Part shown: positions 21,607 to 31,377 of the stretch, piece by piece | How positions within the stretch are numbered: the stretch's first letter is position 1 | Layout: the number at the start of each line of letters is the position of its first letter | Assembly: GCA_963833575.1 (NCBI GenBank) | Contig: CAWHXY010000007.1 | Location: forward strand, 608,001 to 672,000 | DNA: 64,000 bases | Direction of reading: 5' to 3' | Source of the DNA: Candidatus Bathyarchaeota archaeon | GTDB taxonomy: Archaea; Thermoproteota; Bathyarchaeia; Bathyarchaeales; Bathycorpusculaceae | Notes under the pieces: generated by a model | What the model was told of the DNA's origin: nothing | The model's database searches: none | What the model saw: only the letters and a program-made list of their open reading frames with translations | Made by a program: the position numbers and the translations under genes

Positions 21607-22515
21607 TCCTGAGTTAGCGGTTTTTCGATGCCTTCTATAAAATACTACGCTTAAAACTACTATGACGACTGCTCCACTTGAGACAATGACAATACTTAAC
21701 GTTGGCAAGTTAGTCGGCATAGGCAAAAAACCCTCAGTCTTTATAAGGTAAATTGTGCCCGACATTGGGATATCAACCGCCTCATATCCGACTCCCATTA
21801 TAGCAAGTGCGCCATCGGAAGTTTCAATTACTGAAGCTACCTTAAGAGGAGTAGCATATCCATATGGGTTCGTATAGTTCAAATTTAACACCCATTGAGT
21901 GTTATTATTGGAATCGGTTTTGATTATGCTTCCACCTGTCCAATAAGCAAACCCATCATCGCTTGTTCTAATCTTTCCGACTGATGAAGGGTCTAAATCG
22001 ACTAATGAAGAAGTCAATGAAGGAGTTACTTCTAAATTCGGAACGCTTGAATAGTTTCTAACAGATTCAATGTTTCCTTGAGGGTCCATTTTGATAAGAT
22101 TATATTCAAAAGCAGAATTATCCCAATATCCTGAAACTTCCAGTCCTCTATCGCTTGTCTGCTTAATTGCTAATCCAAGAATGTTATTGATGGCTTTTGT
22201 CCAGTTGATATTTCCCGAAGAGTCAACCTTGAAAACTATTGAGGGTGCAAAATTACCGTAAGAACCCCAACCTTCATCCATGAAGACATACCCACCATCA
22301 CTTGTCTGAATCAGATTGGAAACAGCTGCGACACCTTGAACCATATTGGTTACAGCTTGAACACCTGTGCCGTTGAAAAAAGCACCATATGTTTGTTGCC
22401 AAGCTATAGCAGGTGCTTGATTACTTGACTGTGCCTTGACAATGGTTGGTTGAACGGTTACTAAAGGTGTTAGAAGTAAGACAAGAACACTCATTAAAGC
22501 CAAACACTTGTTCAT
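21586..22515 (-). CDS. surface protein with QTSDGG repeats (beta-propeller-like) and C-terminal TM
   Basis: Signal peptide; repeated IQTSDGG / LxKxDxxGNxxW; ends RRHRKTANSGSQETLT inside repeat A3. Confidence 0.8.
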   Translation of the reverse strand: MNKCLALMSVLVLLLTPLVTVQPTIVKAQSSNQAPAIAWQQTYGAFFNGTGVQAVTNMVQGVAAVSNLIQTSDGGYVFMDEGWGSYGNFAPSIVFKVDSSGNINWTKAINNILGLAIKQTSDRGLEVSGYWDNSAFEYNLIKMDPQGNIESVRNYSSVPNLEVTPSLTSSLVDLDPSSVGKIRTSDDGFAYWTGGSIIKTDSNNNTQWVLNLNYTNPYGYATPLKVASVIETSDGALAIMGVGYEAVDIPMSGTIYLIKTEGFLPMPTNLPTLSIVIVSSGAVVIVVLSVVFYRRHRKTANSGSQETLT

Positions 22516-22572
22516 TCTATCCCATCAATCTTCCTTAACCTGTGAGGGAGCTATTGATGATAAAAAGATATT

Positions 22573-22614
22573 CGTAAAGGTTCCTTAACTGAAATTAGTC
22601 AAAGTTTCTTGACT
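22573..22614. repeat. family A element, copy 4
   Basis: CGTAAA ggttcc TTAACT gaaatt AGTCAA agtttc TTGACT. Confidence 0.9.
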
Positions 22615-23571
22615 TCCTGATCTAGCGGTTTTTCGATGTCTCCTATAAATTAACAGAACAATACTTGAGGCAACAACTACCGCTAAAAGTGCAATTATTA
22701 GAATTTGTTCATTAACGGTTATTATGTTGGGAGCTGGTGTGGGACTTGGTAAAGGTGTCGATAAAGGACTTTGTGACGGCAAAGGCAAAAATGCAGCAGT
22801 TTTCATTAAATAAATAGGACCCCATAAACCTTGAGGTTGCAAATAAGGGTCTGCAATGCCAAGACATGCAAGTGCTCCATCTGATGTTTCGATGATGGAA
22901 AATATTTTAAAAGGAAAAGTGATGGTGCCATTATAATAATTTGAAGGAATTGGATAAGGGAAATTTTCAATCCATTGTGTATTGTTATTTGGATTAGTTT
23001 TCACAAGGGTAGGAAAAGACGTTACTGTAGGAAAAACGTTTGAGTTTGCTGGTTCAAAGTAAGCGAACCCACCGTCGCTGGTTTGAATATTTGATGAGGC
23101 AATGGCTAAGTCTAAAACCGTAATTGTGTTTTCATACCATTGCATATTTCCCTTAGAATCGGTTTTAATGACAGCTGGTGTGTCAACGTAGGTGGTTCCG
23201 TATGTTGACCATTGTCCTGATATTTCATATCCGCCATCGCTGGTTTGAATGAGGTTTGACGCTGTAAATGATTTGATAGTTTTATTCCATTGCATATTGC
23301 CTAAAGAATCAAGCTTGTAGAGAATTGCAGGAGTAAAAAAGGTCTGGTAGAACTTGGCGCAATCTAAAAAGGCGTATCCACCATCACTTGTTTGAATCAA
23401 ATTAGAAACTAATTGAGTATTTCCTGACCCATATAATTTTTGCCATTGGGTGGCAGGAAAGGAAGTGGTGCTTGAGGTTTGGGCTGAAACTAAAGTAAAT
23501 TGAAGAATTATTAAAGATATTATGAAAACAGCAACGAGGAATGAATCGAAACTTTTGCTTAAACTACGCAT
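22585..23571 (-). CDS. surface protein with QTSDGG repeats, paralog of 21586..22515
   Basis: Same repeats; ends RRHRKTARSGSQETLTNFS inside repeat A4. Confidence 0.8.
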   Translation of the reverse strand: MRSLSKSFDSFLVAVFIISLIILQFTLVSAQTSSTTSFPATQWQKLYGSGNTQLVSNLIQTSDGGYAFLDCAKFYQTFFTPAILYKLDSLGNMQWNKTIKSFTASNLIQTSDGGYEISGQWSTYGTTYVDTPAVIKTDSKGNMQWYENTITVLDLAIASSNIQTSDGGFAYFEPANSNVFPTVTSFPTLVKTNPNNNTQWIENFPYPIPSNYYNGTITFPFKIFSIIETSDGALACLGIADPYLQPQGLWGPIYLMKTAAFLPLPSQSPLSTPLPSPTPAPNIITVNEQILIIALLAVVVASSIVLLIYRRHRKTARSGSQETLTNFS

Positions 23572-23608
23572 AATTACACAAAAGAATCGTATTCGATAAA
23601 AGCCTATT

Positions 23609-23650
23609 CGTAAAAGTTCCTTGACCGAGTTTAGTCAAGGTTTCTTGACT
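23609..23650. repeat. family A element, copy 5
   Basis: CGTAAA agttcc TTGACC gagttt AGTCAA ggtttc TTGACT. Confidence 0.9.
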
Positions 23651-23677
23651 TGACTGTTTTCGAGCCACCGTTTAGCG

Positions 23678-23759
23678 TTGAACTAAAACTCTCCGGCAAT
23701 TCAGGTGGGGAATCAAATTGAACCCACGTAGCAGTGGAAACTTTCCTTGAATCTCTTTT
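23678..23759. repeat. family B repeat, copy 3
   Basis: TTGAACTAAAACTCTCCGGCAATTCAGGTGGGGAATCAAATTGAACCCACGTAGCAGTGGAAAC. Confidence 0.8.
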
Positions 23760-23813
23760 ACTGAAATTAGGGTTTGAAATTTGTTGCGGGCTAGTGGCAA
23801 ACATATTTGATTG

Positions 23814-24389
23814 TTAAGATTTGAGTTTTTTTAGCAGCCAAGCTATATTTTGGCCTAAGTCATCCATTGTTTGCATGGCTTCGTTATCTTTTTCAACATC
23901 GCCTTTGTTTAAGCCTATTCCTATATTCCAATAGGATGAGCCAGGAATTATCATCTCGCTAATGAGAAAGAAATGATTTATAGCATCAAATGTCGGAATT
24001 GCACCTGCCCTTCGAACTGCAACAACTGCGGCACCAACTTTTCTCCTAAATAAATCAGAATTAGCTCGACTGACAAATCCTGAACGATCAATAAGAGCTT
24101 TCAATTCAGAAGACATCATTGAAAAATAAGTTGGAGAACCAAGGATAATTCCATCTGCCGCAACCATCTTTTCGATATATAGGTTAACATTATCGTTTAC
24201 AATTTTGCATTGCTTATTTTTGATTTTGAAGCATACACCGCAAGCTGTGCAACCGTGAATTTGCTCGCCTGCTAACTGAATTAGTTCGGTTTCTATTCCT
24301 TCACTTTCAAGAACCTGCAAGACCCGGCGAATCAAAATAGCAGTGTTTCCATCTTTCCGTGCGCTTCCATTAAAAGCAACAACCTTCAT
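23814..24389 (-). CDS. iron-sulfur flavoprotein (flavodoxin-like, Isf family)
   Basis: [23 protein letters not shown]. Confidence 0.9.
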   Translation of the reverse strand: MKVVAFNGSARKDGNTAILIRRVLQVLESEGIETELIQLAGEQIHGCTACGVCFKIKNKQCKIVNDNVNLYIEKMVAADGIILGSPTYFSMMSSELKALIDRSGFVSRANSDLFRRKVGAAVVAVRRAGAIPTFDAINHFFLISEMIIPGSSYWNIGIGLNKGDVEKDNEAMQTMDDLGQNIAWLLKKLKS

Positions 24390-24438
24390 TTTACAAACCT
24401 CTAAATGTAGCTTAGAGATTTAGGATAAAAAAGTAGCG

Positions 24439-25371
24439 TCAAGAAATTTTTCTCTTTCTCATCCGCTTAATGGTAAACACCGCCGCAAGCAACACCGCAG
24501 ATAACGATATTCCAAAAACTATTGCTTCAACTGTTATCATTGATATTTGAGTAGATGATTTAATCGGACTTTGCATCAACGGAAACCGATCCCGATCTAA
24601 AACATCAATTGCATAGGGAGTATCGCCTATTCCATCATGATTTGTGTCGGTGCCATTATAATCGCTCCAGTAATTTCCCTGTTTTCCATTATCCCAATTG
24701 TGCGGCGGCTCTGACATATTGTACGTTTTACATTGGCAACCGCTAAGTTGGACTTTATTGTTTTCAAAATCGTTTTGAAATACCATTATGTCGTTTGGGA
24801 CTACCCCCGTATTGAAGCCCATAAATACGCCTCGCATATTGTCGGAAATGTAATTTTGTGATAATGTGGCATTTGAGCCTGAAATCAATAATCCAACAAT
24901 ATTATCGGAGACAGTATTTCTGGTTACAGTATTGTTTTGGGTCCAGATGTACATGCCAATACTGAAGTTCTCGACGTTTAAGTTCTCAATTGTAATTCCA
25001 TTTACGCTCTTATTTCCTAAGTCAATGCCTATAGTGTATTTGTCCAGGGTGTTTGGGTCTGGTCCAGTTCCTATAACCCATATGTCTGTTGAGTTGCCGT
25101 TAAACGGACCCCTGAGCGTGTAGCCAGCGCCGTCAAGAACTGTATTACTTTTCAAGATTTTTATCGCTGCGTAAACGTTATCAATAAAAGTATAGATGTT
25201 TCCACTTCTCTGAATTGGCGCGGTGTCAGGGTAAATACTCCCGTCAGGTTGAATGAAAATTGTTGGTAGAACCGGTTGCGCGTTGGCGGATTTAAATACA
25301 AATATTGGTGAAACGAGTGCTAAGAAGATCATTATTGAAACTTTAGTTTTCTGAGCTCTCAATTTCCTCAT
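24439..25371 (-). CDS. NosD/CASH beta-helix surface protein
   Basis: IQPDGSI, LDGAGYTL, WDNGKQGNYWSDYNGTD..DGIGDTPY, C-terminal TM. Confidence 0.85.
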   Translation of the reverse strand: MRKLRAQKTKVSIMIFLALVSPIFVFKSANAQPVLPTIFIQPDGSIYPDTAPIQRSGNIYTFIDNVYAAIKILKSNTVLDGAGYTLRGPFNGNSTDIWVIGTGPDPNTLDKYTIGIDLGNKSVNGITIENLNVENFSIGMYIWTQNNTVTRNTVSDNIVGLLISGSNATLSQNYISDNMRGVFMGFNTGVVPNDIMVFQNDFENNKVQLSGCQCKTYNMSEPPHNWDNGKQGNYWSDYNGTDTNHDGIGDTPYAIDVLDRDRFPLMQSPIKSSTQISMITVEAIVFGISLSAVLLAAVFTIKRMRKRKIS

Positions 25372-26993
25372 TCACTATCTACCTTACCATCGTTCGAATT
25401 TATTAACCAGTTCCTAGACCTACAAACCGTTTTTCCAGCAAACTTAAACTGCAAACAATCCTCATATGGACACATCTCAATGCAGCGCAAACACCAGATA
25501 CACTGGGATGAAGCCACATCTCCACTTTTTTGCTCATACACTTCTTTGTCTTGGGTCGGGCAAACTCTCTTGCAAATACCACATTTCTTGCATTTCTCAG
25601 ATTGCTTATTCAAGCGCACGCCGGAAATCCATTTGAACGGCGGAAACCTGTTAAACAGCGCTATCAAACCGCCTAAAGGGCAAATTCTACACCATGACCG
25701 CCTAAAGAAGAACGCAGCAATAGTGACAACGGCTAAAATAATTAGATTCTCAGAGGTTAAATAGAAACCAAGCTGGTAAAATGCGCCTCCAGTTGTTTGC
25801 GTGATCCAATCTGGCCTTTGCAAGCTCAATCCAACGTCTGCTAACATGCAAAATGGTTTCATAGGGCAAACTTGGCAAAACGGCGCTGAAAAGTAATTGT
25901 AGACAAAGCCTCCTTTTTGAGTTCCAGGCACCAATTGAGTTCCAGCAATGGCTTGTGAGCCGAAAATAATGCTGAGTATGATAATAAGCGCTAGGATAAG
26001 ATAGCTTAACTGGTGAAATCGTTCGTTAAACTTGTCTGAAAAGCTTCTCCGCTTAATCCTTAATACTCTTCTTAAACGAGTCATCAAATCCAAATACAAG
26101 CCAAACGGGCAGACCCACCCACAGAAGATTCTTCCAAGAATAACAGCCGACACAATCACAACACCAAAAACTATAGCTAATCTAGCCAAGCCAGTGGAGT
26201 CATAATGTACACCCCAACCTTCTCCAACATTAAAGAACGGGTAAAGATACGTTTGAATTTGCCAAAGAGCACAAGTAACGGTTCTACCGCAAGGATAATA
26301 GCATCCGAAGAAGGGCACCGGCAGCCCATCAGGCAGTGATACTCCAAAGGCGCTAGTTGCAACCAGTGAACTATGCGGAGACAGTTCCTCGATGGGCAAA
26401 GACAGGTATTGGTGGTCAATGAAGACGCCGAAGAAAATCAGAAATAAAACGCCTATCTGAAACAGGAGCCTAAACGAACTGATCTTTATGGTTTTATTTC
26501 TAACTCCCAAAACTGCTGTAGCAACACCTAAGCTAATCAAAGCCGCAGTTGCCCCAAATACCGAATAATTCGGATGATACACTAGCGGTATGGCAGGAGG
26601 AGGAGCAGTTGGGTTAGGGTTGGCTGGATCAGTTACCTGAGCGAATAATCTATCGGCAATAACGCCGTTTATAGCAAAAATGTTCCAGTATCCAGCTGTA
26701 TCGAGTTTTTCAGTAACACTAAAATTGCCAGTGGTAGGGTCAGATAAGACATCTTGCTCTAGGTATGAGAAGTCGGGTCGTGTATAAACTACTCTTACGT
26801 ACTTATTTTCACCTGGCGGACAAATTTGCCCTGTTACGGTGACGGTCTGGTTAACGTTAATTTGGGTCACGTTTATGTTGGCTGTTACGCATGGGCCGTA
26901 GCAAGAGTTGGCTAGTTGAACATAATCTACGCTGACAAGGTAAGTGGTGATTATGATTGCAACAGTTAAACAGAGAACAGTTCGTCTTTTAAT
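25368..26993 (-). CDS. NapH/MauN-like membrane 4Fe-4S protein with extracellular N-terminal domain (probable ATT start at 26993)
   Basis: GRIFCGWVCPFG, FCQVCP, WCRICPLG, two CxxCxxCxxxCP; frame open upstream of the track start up to ATT behind GGTGAGG. Confidence 0.8.
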   Translation of the reverse strand: MKRRTVLCLTVAIIITTYLVSVDYVQLANSCYGPCVTANINVTQINVNQTVTVTGQICPPGENKYVRVVYTRPDFSYLEQDVLSDPTTGNFSVTEKLDTAGYWNIFAINGVIADRLFAQVTDPANPNPTAPPPAIPLVYHPNYSVFGATAALISLGVATAVLGVRNKTIKISSFRLLFQIGVLFLIFFGVFIDHQYLSLPIEELSPHSSLVATSAFGVSLPDGLPVPFFGCYYPCGRTVTCALWQIQTYLYPFFNVGEGWGVHYDSTGLARLAIVFGVVIVSAVILGRIFCGWVCPFGLYLDLMTRLRRVLRIKRRSFSDKFNERFHQLSYLILALIIILSIIFGSQAIAGTQLVPGTQKGGFVYNYFSAPFCQVCPMKPFCMLADVGLSLQRPDWITQTTGGAFYQLGFYLTSENLIILAVVTIAAFFFRRSWCRICPLGGLIALFNRFPPFKWISGVRLNKQSEKCKKCGICKRVCPTQDKEVYEQKSGDVASSQCIWCLRCIEMCPYEDCLQFKFAGKTVCRSRNWLINSNDGKVDSE

Positions 26994-27093
26994 GCAACCT
27001 CACCAACTGAGGTTCCTTCTAGACCTTTATTTGCTCATATGTTTTTGCAAATTACTGATCGGTTACTAGATATGCACCTTTGAGGAGAAAGGC

Positions 27094-28383
27094 CTATTCA
27101 AGGTGATACGCTTCTTCTCCATGTTGACTGATATCTAATCCGTCTTCTTCTTCTTTTGGACTAACTCGCAGTGGCGAAAATACGTCTACTAACCGCAGGA
27201 GCAAGTAAGAGCCGCCAAAAGCGAAGGCAGAAACAACTAGTACTGCAAGTACTTGTACACCAAGCAGAACAAGGTTTCCATCAACTAATCCGTGGACGAG
27301 AGGATTCACCAAAGCGGTTGCGAACAAGCCCACAGCAATAGCGCCGATTATCCCGCCGATTCCATGGCACGCAAAAACGTCCAATGTATCATCTATTCTT
27401 GATCTCCCTGCTCGCCAGTTAGCTACCAAGTTAGAAACTATGCCTGCTACTAAACCAATAATCACTGCTGCCATGAAGCTGACATATCCTGAAGCTGCAG
27501 TAATTGCTGCTAAACCGCATACTGCACCTACTGCAATACCTATCGCTGAAGGCTTGCCCTTTATTAGCCAATCCATTATCATCCAACTTACGGCTGCAGC
27601 GGCAGCTGCCAAATTGGTAACAACTACAGCTGAAACAGCAAGATTGTCGGCTGCTAACGCGCTACCGCCGTTGAAGCCGAACCAGCCGAACCACAGTAGA
27701 CCAGCGCCCAAAATTACATAGGGAATGTTTGTTGGTTTAAACTCCGTTCCCGCATTTGCCGGTTTACTTGCGCCTTTCTGGTCTAAGGCTTTAAGCTGAT
27801 CTTTCCAATAAACGACGCCTTTTCTTCGGCCAACAACAAGAGCAGCCGCCAACGCTGATAATCCTGCAGCTACGTGAACAACTATGCCGCCTGCAAAATC
27901 AACAGCACCCAACACATGAAGCCAACCGCCGACATTCCATATCCAGTGGGCAATCGGGGAGTAAACGAGAGTGGACCACAAAACAACAAAGATCAATAAT
28001 GATTTGAATTTGATTCTTTCTGCACATGCCCCTATAATTAGGGCTGGTGTGATAGCTGCAAACTTGAGTTGGAATGCAAAGAATAGAATTTCGGGAATAA
28101 GTGGCGCGTAGGATGTGTTAACTGTGTTTATTGTTATGCCGTTTAATCCAAATAAGCTCGGGCTGAAACCTATGATGCCACCTACAGTTTTTCCATAAAC
28201 GAAGCTGTAACCCCAGAAGAACCAGACGAGGCTAACTACTGCAAAAATAATGATGCATTGAACAAGAGTAGAAACCAGGTTTTTTCTTCGAACTAAACCA
28301 CCGTAAAAGAAAGCCAAGGCTGGAGTCATTAGCATTACTAGAGCTGTGGATGTTAGTACCCATGCGATGTCAGCTGCCGCCAT
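27094..28383 (-). CDS. amtB: ammonium transporter
   Basis: MLMTPALAFFYGGLVR, DFAGGIVVH, LWFGWFGFNGGS, DDTLDVFACHG. Confidence 0.95.
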   Translation of the reverse strand: MAAADIAWVLTSTALVMLMTPALAFFYGGLVRRKNLVSTLVQCIIIFAVVSLVWFFWGYSFVYGKTVGGIIGFSPSLFGLNGITINTVNTSYAPLIPEILFFAFQLKFAAITPALIIGACAERIKFKSLLIFVVLWSTLVYSPIAHWIWNVGGWLHVLGAVDFAGGIVVHVAAGLSALAAALVVGRRKGVVYWKDQLKALDQKGASKPANAGTEFKPTNIPYVILGAGLLWFGWFGFNGGSALAADNLAVSAVVVTNLAAAAAAVSWMIMDWLIKGKPSAIGIAVGAVCGLAAITAASGYVSFMAAVIIGLVAGIVSNLVANWRAGRSRIDDTLDVFACHGIGGIIGAIAVGLFATALVNPLVHGLVDGNLVLLGVQVLAVLVVSAFAFGGSYLLLRLVDVFSPLRVSPKEEEDGLDISQHGEEAYHLE

Positions 28384-28661
28384 TATCTCTCCCCTCTTTA
28401 GCGTTACTACTGATTGCTTGTTCATGCATCTTGGGAAAACTAATATTTAAACTAAGCATTCGATTCGATATTTGTTGTTATTATTGATAAATGCGCAGAA
28501 AAGCGCTTGCTTTACCGCCATTCTTTCAATATTTATTTTGAATGAAAGGATTTTATGGAAACATGTCCAAAAAAATGGGTTCAAAACTTCAGAATGTTCC
28601 AAGAAAAAAGTAAGTTAGAATTAAACTAAAAAAGAATATTTGTGAGGATTGGCTCGATCTC

Positions 28662-29951
28662 TCAATCGAGCTGATATGCTTCTTCGCCATGTTCGCTTAG
28701 GTCTAAGCCAGCGTCTTCTGCCTGTTCACTTACTCGTAGTGGTGAGAATATGTTCACCAATCTAAGCAATAAGTAGGAACCAAAGAACGCAAATGGAACT
28801 ACTACGCCGACTGCTGCTAACTGAACAAGCAACTGATGTGGATTTCCGAAGAGAGCACCGTTAACGCCGGGAACGCCTACTGTTGCACTGATAGCTGCTG
28901 AGGCGAAGAGTCCTGTTGCAATTGAACCCCATATTCCGCCGACACCATGGCAAGCAAACACATCTAGCGAATCATCCACACGCGATCGGCCTGCTCTCCA
29001 ATTTGCAACTAAGTTCGAGATAACTCCTGCTGCTAAGCCAATGATTAATGCTGATGAAACGCTGACGTACCCTGCTGCAGGTGTAATTGCGACCAATCCC
29101 ACCACAGCTCCAACAGCGATACCTGTTGCTGAAGGTTTCCCTTTGATTACCCAGTCTGAAAGCATCCAACTTACCGCAGCTGCCGCCGCCGCAAGATTTG
29201 TGGTTACAAGTGCTGAGACCGCTAAGTCATTTGCGGCTAACGCACTGCCCGCGTTGAAACCAAACCAGCCGAACCACAGAAGTGCAGCGCCGAGCAAAAC
29301 GTAAGGAATGTTTGTCGGTTTGAACTCGGTCGCGTTGTCTTTTTTGTCTAATGCTTTCATGGCGTTTTTCCATGGGACCGCACATCCTTTTCTTCTGCCC
29401 ACTACTAGTGCTGCGGCTAATGCCGAAAGGCCTGCTGAAATGTGGACTACGATGCCGCCTGCAAAGTCGATGGCTCCCAAGTTGTGTAGCCATCCGTTAG
29501 GGTTCCATACCCAGTGCGCTATTGGGACGTAGATAAGCGTAGACCAGAGAACCATGAATATGAGGAGCGATTTGAAGCGAATTCGTTCTGCGCAAGCGCC
29601 AATGATTAAGGCGGGTGTGATTGCTGCGAACTTTAGTTGAAATGCGAAGTATAGCAGTTCAGGGATTTGCGGCGCGAGTGATGTGTTAACCGCATGTATG
29701 TCTAGGCCGCTCATGCCTACTAAGCTTGGGCTAAAGCCGATTAAGCCGTTGATGCTGTTTCCAAAAACTAGGGCGTATCCCCAGAGTGCCCAGATAATGC
29801 TTACGACTGCGAATATTATGAAGCATTGTACGATTGTTGATACCAGGTTTTTCCTTCGTACTAGGCCTCCGTAGAAGAATCCTAGTGCTGGTGTCATTAG
29901 CATAACTAATGCTGTTGCCGTTAATACCCATGCTATGTCTCCTGATGCCAT
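28662..29951 (-). CDS. amtB: ammonium transporter (tandem paralog)
   Basis: Same Amt motifs with both conserved His residues. Confidence 0.95.
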   Translation of the reverse strand: MASGDIAWVLTATALVMLMTPALGFFYGGLVRRKNLVSTIVQCFIIFAVVSIIWALWGYALVFGNSINGLIGFSPSLVGMSGLDIHAVNTSLAPQIPELLYFAFQLKFAAITPALIIGACAERIRFKSLLIFMVLWSTLIYVPIAHWVWNPNGWLHNLGAIDFAGGIVVHISAGLSALAAALVVGRRKGCAVPWKNAMKALDKKDNATEFKPTNIPYVLLGAALLWFGWFGFNAGSALAANDLAVSALVTTNLAAAAAAVSWMLSDWVIKGKPSATGIAVGAVVGLVAITPAAGYVSVSSALIIGLAAGVISNLVANWRAGRSRVDDSLDVFACHGVGGIWGSIATGLFASAAISATVGVPGVNGALFGNPHQLLVQLAAVGVVVPFAFFGSYLLLRLVNIFSPLRVSEQAEDAGLDLSEHGEEAYQLD

Positions 29952-30360
29952 TTTTCATCTTCCTTTTGACATTCGTTTAGTTCAGTAATTTTTGTCTATA
30001 CAACTACACGGACTTATATTTAAAATATGCTCATATGAAACACATGTTTGCTTATTGGTGTGCAATCGTTTACTTCAACATGCGTTAGCATTTTATCCAT
30101 TCAATTTTTCAAGTAAACAAAGCCTCACATTAAAAAAACGTTCAAAACTAAGTCGAAAACTGGAATATCTTAAGGATTACAAAAAGCATGAAATTTAACC
30201 TGTTTCACAAATTTACAGATTTAAATAAAAACAATCATTGAAATGAGAAATAGCATCTGTAAAATCAAATTTTCTGCTCCAAAAACAAAACTAATAATTT
30301 CAAGTTTTACAAGAAAACTTATAATGTAACCCCCGTTTCTTTGGGTAAGGCGCACAAGAT

Positions 30361-31266
30361 ATGAAGTTTGGCACATTTACTTTTCAACCCCAAAAACCTA
30401 AAGGTTTTGATTTTAGTGTTTTACGCGTAAAGCCTGAAACCGGAATAAGACTAACTCCAGTTCAAGACATGAACAGTAACATTGCTATTTTTGCTGACAA
30501 TGTCGCTGTGCAGAACCATCCTGATTGGATATCTCAGTCACCTTTGGGTCCTGCAAAAATGGGAAACGCCAACTATAACATTTACTGGGACGTTGTATGT
30601 GCCACGCAGCCCCAGCACCGAGCTGAACAATTGAATTACATATCTGATGTTGACCGACAATCGCCCGGCATATGGCTAAACAGTCAGTATTTTGCAGACC
30701 ATGGACACTGCACTTGTACTAGATGCACTGAGCTATGGAAAAAAAGCGGTTTAAGCTGGTTTGAATGGCGAAGAAAAGAAGTCACCAATTACATGGCTGA
30801 AGTGAGAGAGGTAGTTAAAAAAGAACTTGTCTTAAGTATTCAACCTGATCCCATAAGCTCATATGAACGGTATGGCGTAGATTTTGACGATTTGGCAAAG
30901 TACGCCGACGCTTTCAACGTTGTAATGTTCAGCAAAAACTACGCCACTCCCTGGTACTGGGAAATGCTTACCCGCGGATTTAAGAAACTGCTTAAAAAGC
31001 CATTCTACATTAGCCTCTACGTTTTTGGTCCAGGCGACATTCCAAAGGATGTACCAACTGCCTCAGAACTGTTAACTGTCACTGTGCGGTGTGCAAGAGT
31101 TGGCGCTGACGGTTTCCTTTTCCTCACCGATGGGGAAAGCCAGCTACGAGATTTCCAAAAAACAGCTCTCGAACAAGTTGAACTAAGACAGAGACTAAGA
31201 AATTATGGTGGCAAGCCGGTACAGGAATTTCTCGATTTTGTCTCAAGTTGGGAAAAAACAATCTAA
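30361..31266 (+). CDS. conserved hypothetical protein, possible glycoside-hydrolase-like TIM barrel with CxCxxC
   Basis: HPDWIS, HCTCTRC, WRRKEVT..VRE, YGVDFDDL pattern. Confidence 0.6.
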   Translation: MKFGTFTFQPQKPKGFDFSVLRVKPETGIRLTPVQDMNSNIAIFADNVAVQNHPDWISQSPLGPAKMGNANYNIYWDVVCATQPQHRAEQLNYISDVDRQSPGIWLNSQYFADHGHCTCTRCTELWKKSGLSWFEWRRKEVTNYMAEVREVVKKELVLSIQPDPISSYERYGVDFDDLAKYADAFNVVMFSKNYATPWYWEMLTRGFKKLLKKPFYISLYVFGPGDIPKDVPTASELLTVTVRCARVGADGFLFLTDGESQLRDFQKTALEQVELRQRLRNYGGKPVQEFLDFVSSWEKTI

Positions 31267-31377
31267 TCTTTTTCTTAACGGAATTTCAGTTTCGACAAGT
31301 CGGTATCTTATTTAAAGATCCGTTATGTTTTTATTAAATCGTCAACACGATTAATTCAAGCTCTGGAGAATGTTAAT

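Noticed and set aside
17616-23650. Family A repeats as a CRISPR array
   Set aside because: Spacers are 1-2 kb genes, repeats are degenerate, and there are no cas genes
17616-23650. Family A repeats as canonical integron attC sites
   Set aside because: No RYYYAAC...GTTRRRY ends or long imperfect hairpin, and no IntI in the window
28556-28600. NrpR operator upstream of amtB
   Set aside because: TGGAAACATGTCCA does not fit GGAA-N6-TTCC, and no good match lies upstream of the second amtB
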